From an uncultured cyanobacterium (lineage in GTDB: Bacteria > Cyanobacteriota > Cyanobacteriia > Cyanobacteriales > CAWUOF01): a stretch of 64,000 nucleotides of DNA. Position numbers and translations under genes: made by a program. Where the stretch lies: contig CAVUSO010000001.1 of NCBI GenBank assembly GCA_963744145.1, forward strand, positions 6,208,001 to 6,272,000, given 5' to 3'. Of the stretch, positions 62,202-64,000 are shown piece by piece (position 1 is the stretch's first letter; each line of letters begins with the position of its first letter). The notes under the pieces were generated by a model, which had not been told where the DNA came from, searched no databases, and saw only the letters and a list, made by a program, of their open reading frames with translations.

Positions 62202-63518
62202 CTAATTTGACCAAATTTCTAGCAATTTCTGGATAATAGCTGGTACAAAATTTTGGGAAAATTCAAAATATATTTGTCCCCCAAATCCTAAGAAAAAGGA
62301 AGCAGTTATTAAACCTAATAAAGACCGAATTGGGAAAATTTGATGATTAATTGGTAGGGGTGCAGTCCGCAGATTAATTGTGATTGTCTGCTGTTCAGGA
62401 ACTGAATTTGCTGATAAAATTAATTGTCGGCTATAAATCTTATTTGCCATCAATTTCCGCGTCTGAACAGTAATTTTTAATTTAAGTTGATTCCCCTGAA
62501 AATTTACCGGAGATAAGGAGATCCAAGCATGATGATTGGGTTGATGGGGTGGATCACTCGGATGTGGTGTCACTGACCAAGTACCGATTAATTCAGTTTC
62601 TGGGACAAAATTTCTGACGGTAATTGTTTTTGTTAGTTGTTGATTAAGCTTAGTAGCTGTCAAATTAAGCGTTTTTTCACTTACTCTCATTTCTGGCGAT
62701 CGCCACACATAAATCAGTTTGAGTTTTTCCCAAGCTATTTGAGCATTCTCATACCTTTCTAAGGGATTTGGCTGCACCATTTTTTCCAACCAATCCACCC
62801 AGCGATGGCTCAATTTAGTAGCTAAAGGTTTAAAATTAATCCGATAATTATGATCAATCAAATTCCCAATTTCCACCGATTTAGTATTAGTCAATAAACA
62901 AATTATCGTGGCACCTAAACTATATAAATCTGACGCTTCACTCAAAGGTCGGTTAAACAGTTGCTCTGGGGGCATAAATCCCAAAGTCCCTTTAACCATA
63001 CTACTCATTGCCATTTCTCCTTGACCAATTTGAGCAAAGCCAAAATCTACTAAGTAAACATTAATCTGATCATCAATTAAAATATTTTCTGGTTTAATAT
63101 CCCGATGAATTATTGGAGGAATCCGATTTTGCAGATAAATTAAAATTTCTAAGATCGAGAGGGCAATTTGTTTAATTTCTGTAGGAGAATAAGTCCGGGG
63201 AATGGAGAGCGATCGCGCTTCTTTATATTCCTGAACCAAGCAAAAACCCGTCTCCGTTTCCACCGAATCCAAATAACGGGGAATACCCGGATGATTTAAA
63301 CCCTGTAAAACCTGAATTTCTCGTTGATAAGCATCATAAGCTGACCAACTAGTATGATGGGAAGCAAACTGAAATTGTTTAATCACAACTAGGTCGGTCC
63401 CAAGAGTTTCCGGATGGAGGGAAGTTGCTAAGTAGGTCACCCGACCACCGACTCGATTATGTCCAAGTTCAGCTTGAACTTGATAACCGTAGCTGGACAA
63501 ATCTGGAAATTCGCTCAT
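62202..63518 (-). CDS. Ser/Thr protein kinase with a C-terminal beta-rich domain and TM
   Basis: VVIKQF, HRDIKPEN, DFG and GTLGFMPPEQ. Confidence 0.9.
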   Translation of the reverse strand: MSEFPDLSSYGYQVQAELGHNRVGGRVTYLATSLHPETLGTDLVVIKQFQFASHHTSWSAYDAYQREIQVLQGLNHPGIPRYLDSVETETGFCLVQEYKEARSLSIPRTYSPTEIKQIALSILEILIYLQNRIPPIIHRDIKPENILIDDQINVYLVDFGFAQIGQGEMAMSSMVKGTLGFMPPEQLFNRPLSEASDLYSLGATIICLLTNTKSVEIGNLIDHNYRINFKPLATKLSHRWVDWLEKMVQPNPLERYENAQIAWEKLKLIYVWRSPEMRVSEKTLNLTATKLNQQLTKTITVRNFVPETELIGTWSVTPHPSDPPHQPNHHAWISLSPVNFQGNQLKLKITVQTRKLMANKIYSRQLILSANSVPEQQTITINLRTAPLPINHQIFPIRSLLGLITASFFLGFGGQIYFEFSQNFVPAIIQKLLEIWSN

Positions 63519-63544
63519 AAAAAGGTAACTGTTAATTCACTAAC

Positions 63545-64000
63545 CTAATTATTCAATAAACTTTTAACTGCTGTTTCCTCTACTACCCGCTTGCTTTCTA
63601 CCAGCAGATAATCGAAAAAGGTCTTTGCTAGCACGGAAAGATGTTTACCCGTAGGATACATCACATACCATTGTCGTCGGATCGGAAAGCATTCGACATC
63701 TAATGGTACTAATTTCCCAGTGGCACCTTCTAAAGCTAAAGTATGTAGAGAGAGGACTGAGATCCCCAATCCTCCAGCGATCGCTTGTTTAATGGCTTCA
63801 TTACTTCCCAATTCTAGCCTGACTTTCACAGTAATGCCCTTTTCCTCAAATAGTTTTTGGACTGCTTGTCGAGTTCCTGATCCAGTTTCGCGCATAATAA
63901 AGGGTTCATACGCGAGACGCTCAATCGGGATATTTTTCTCTTTACTTAAGGGATGATTTACTGATGCTAAGACAACTAAAGGGTTTTCCAGAAATGGGTA
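63545..64000 (-). CDS. LysR-family regulator (CbbR/CmpR/NdhR-like), 5' end outside the window
   Basis: RETGSGTR..LELGSNEAIKQAIAGGLGISVLS. Confidence 0.85.
   Translation of the reverse strand, partial: YPFLENPLVVLASVNHPLSKEKNIPIERLAYEPFIMRETGSGTRQAVQKLFEEKGITVKVRLELGSNEAIKQAIAGGLGISVLSLHTLALEGATGKLVPLDVECFPIRRQWYVMYPTGKHLSVLAKTFFDYLLVESKRVVEETAVKSLLNN

Overview
Chromosomal segment of a cyanobacterium. HIP1 octamers (GCGATCGC) are frequent, and ccmP, hetR, patX and pirA are present; hetR next to patX suggests a filamentous, probably non-heterocystous lineage (inference). Housekeeping genes include gltX, folK, rsgA, grpE-dnaK-dnaJ, lhgO, tRNA-Asp and tRNA-Ala. Five accessory elements are interleaved. 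(1) An orphan cytosine DNA methyltransferase split by an IS607-type element (serine resolvase + TnpB-like gene), which is itself split by an IS630. (2) A divergent gene pair, a TerB-like/dynamin GTPase fusion plus an uncharacterised 427-aa membrane/coiled-coil partner, bracketed on both sides by direct copies of one composite GTAG-REP array; this is the best candidate for an undescribed mobile defence/membrane-remodelling cassette. (3) A stand-alone galectin with the full animal-type galactoside-binding signature. (4) A tnpB-only IS200/IS605 element inserted immediately in front of the folK start codon. (5) A heavily deleted type 1 BREX island (brxB, AAA ATPase, pglZ, brxL, brxA remnants) between two Uma2 genes, hit by a second apparently identical IS630. 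All family assignments come from motif recognition by eye; no database searches were run.
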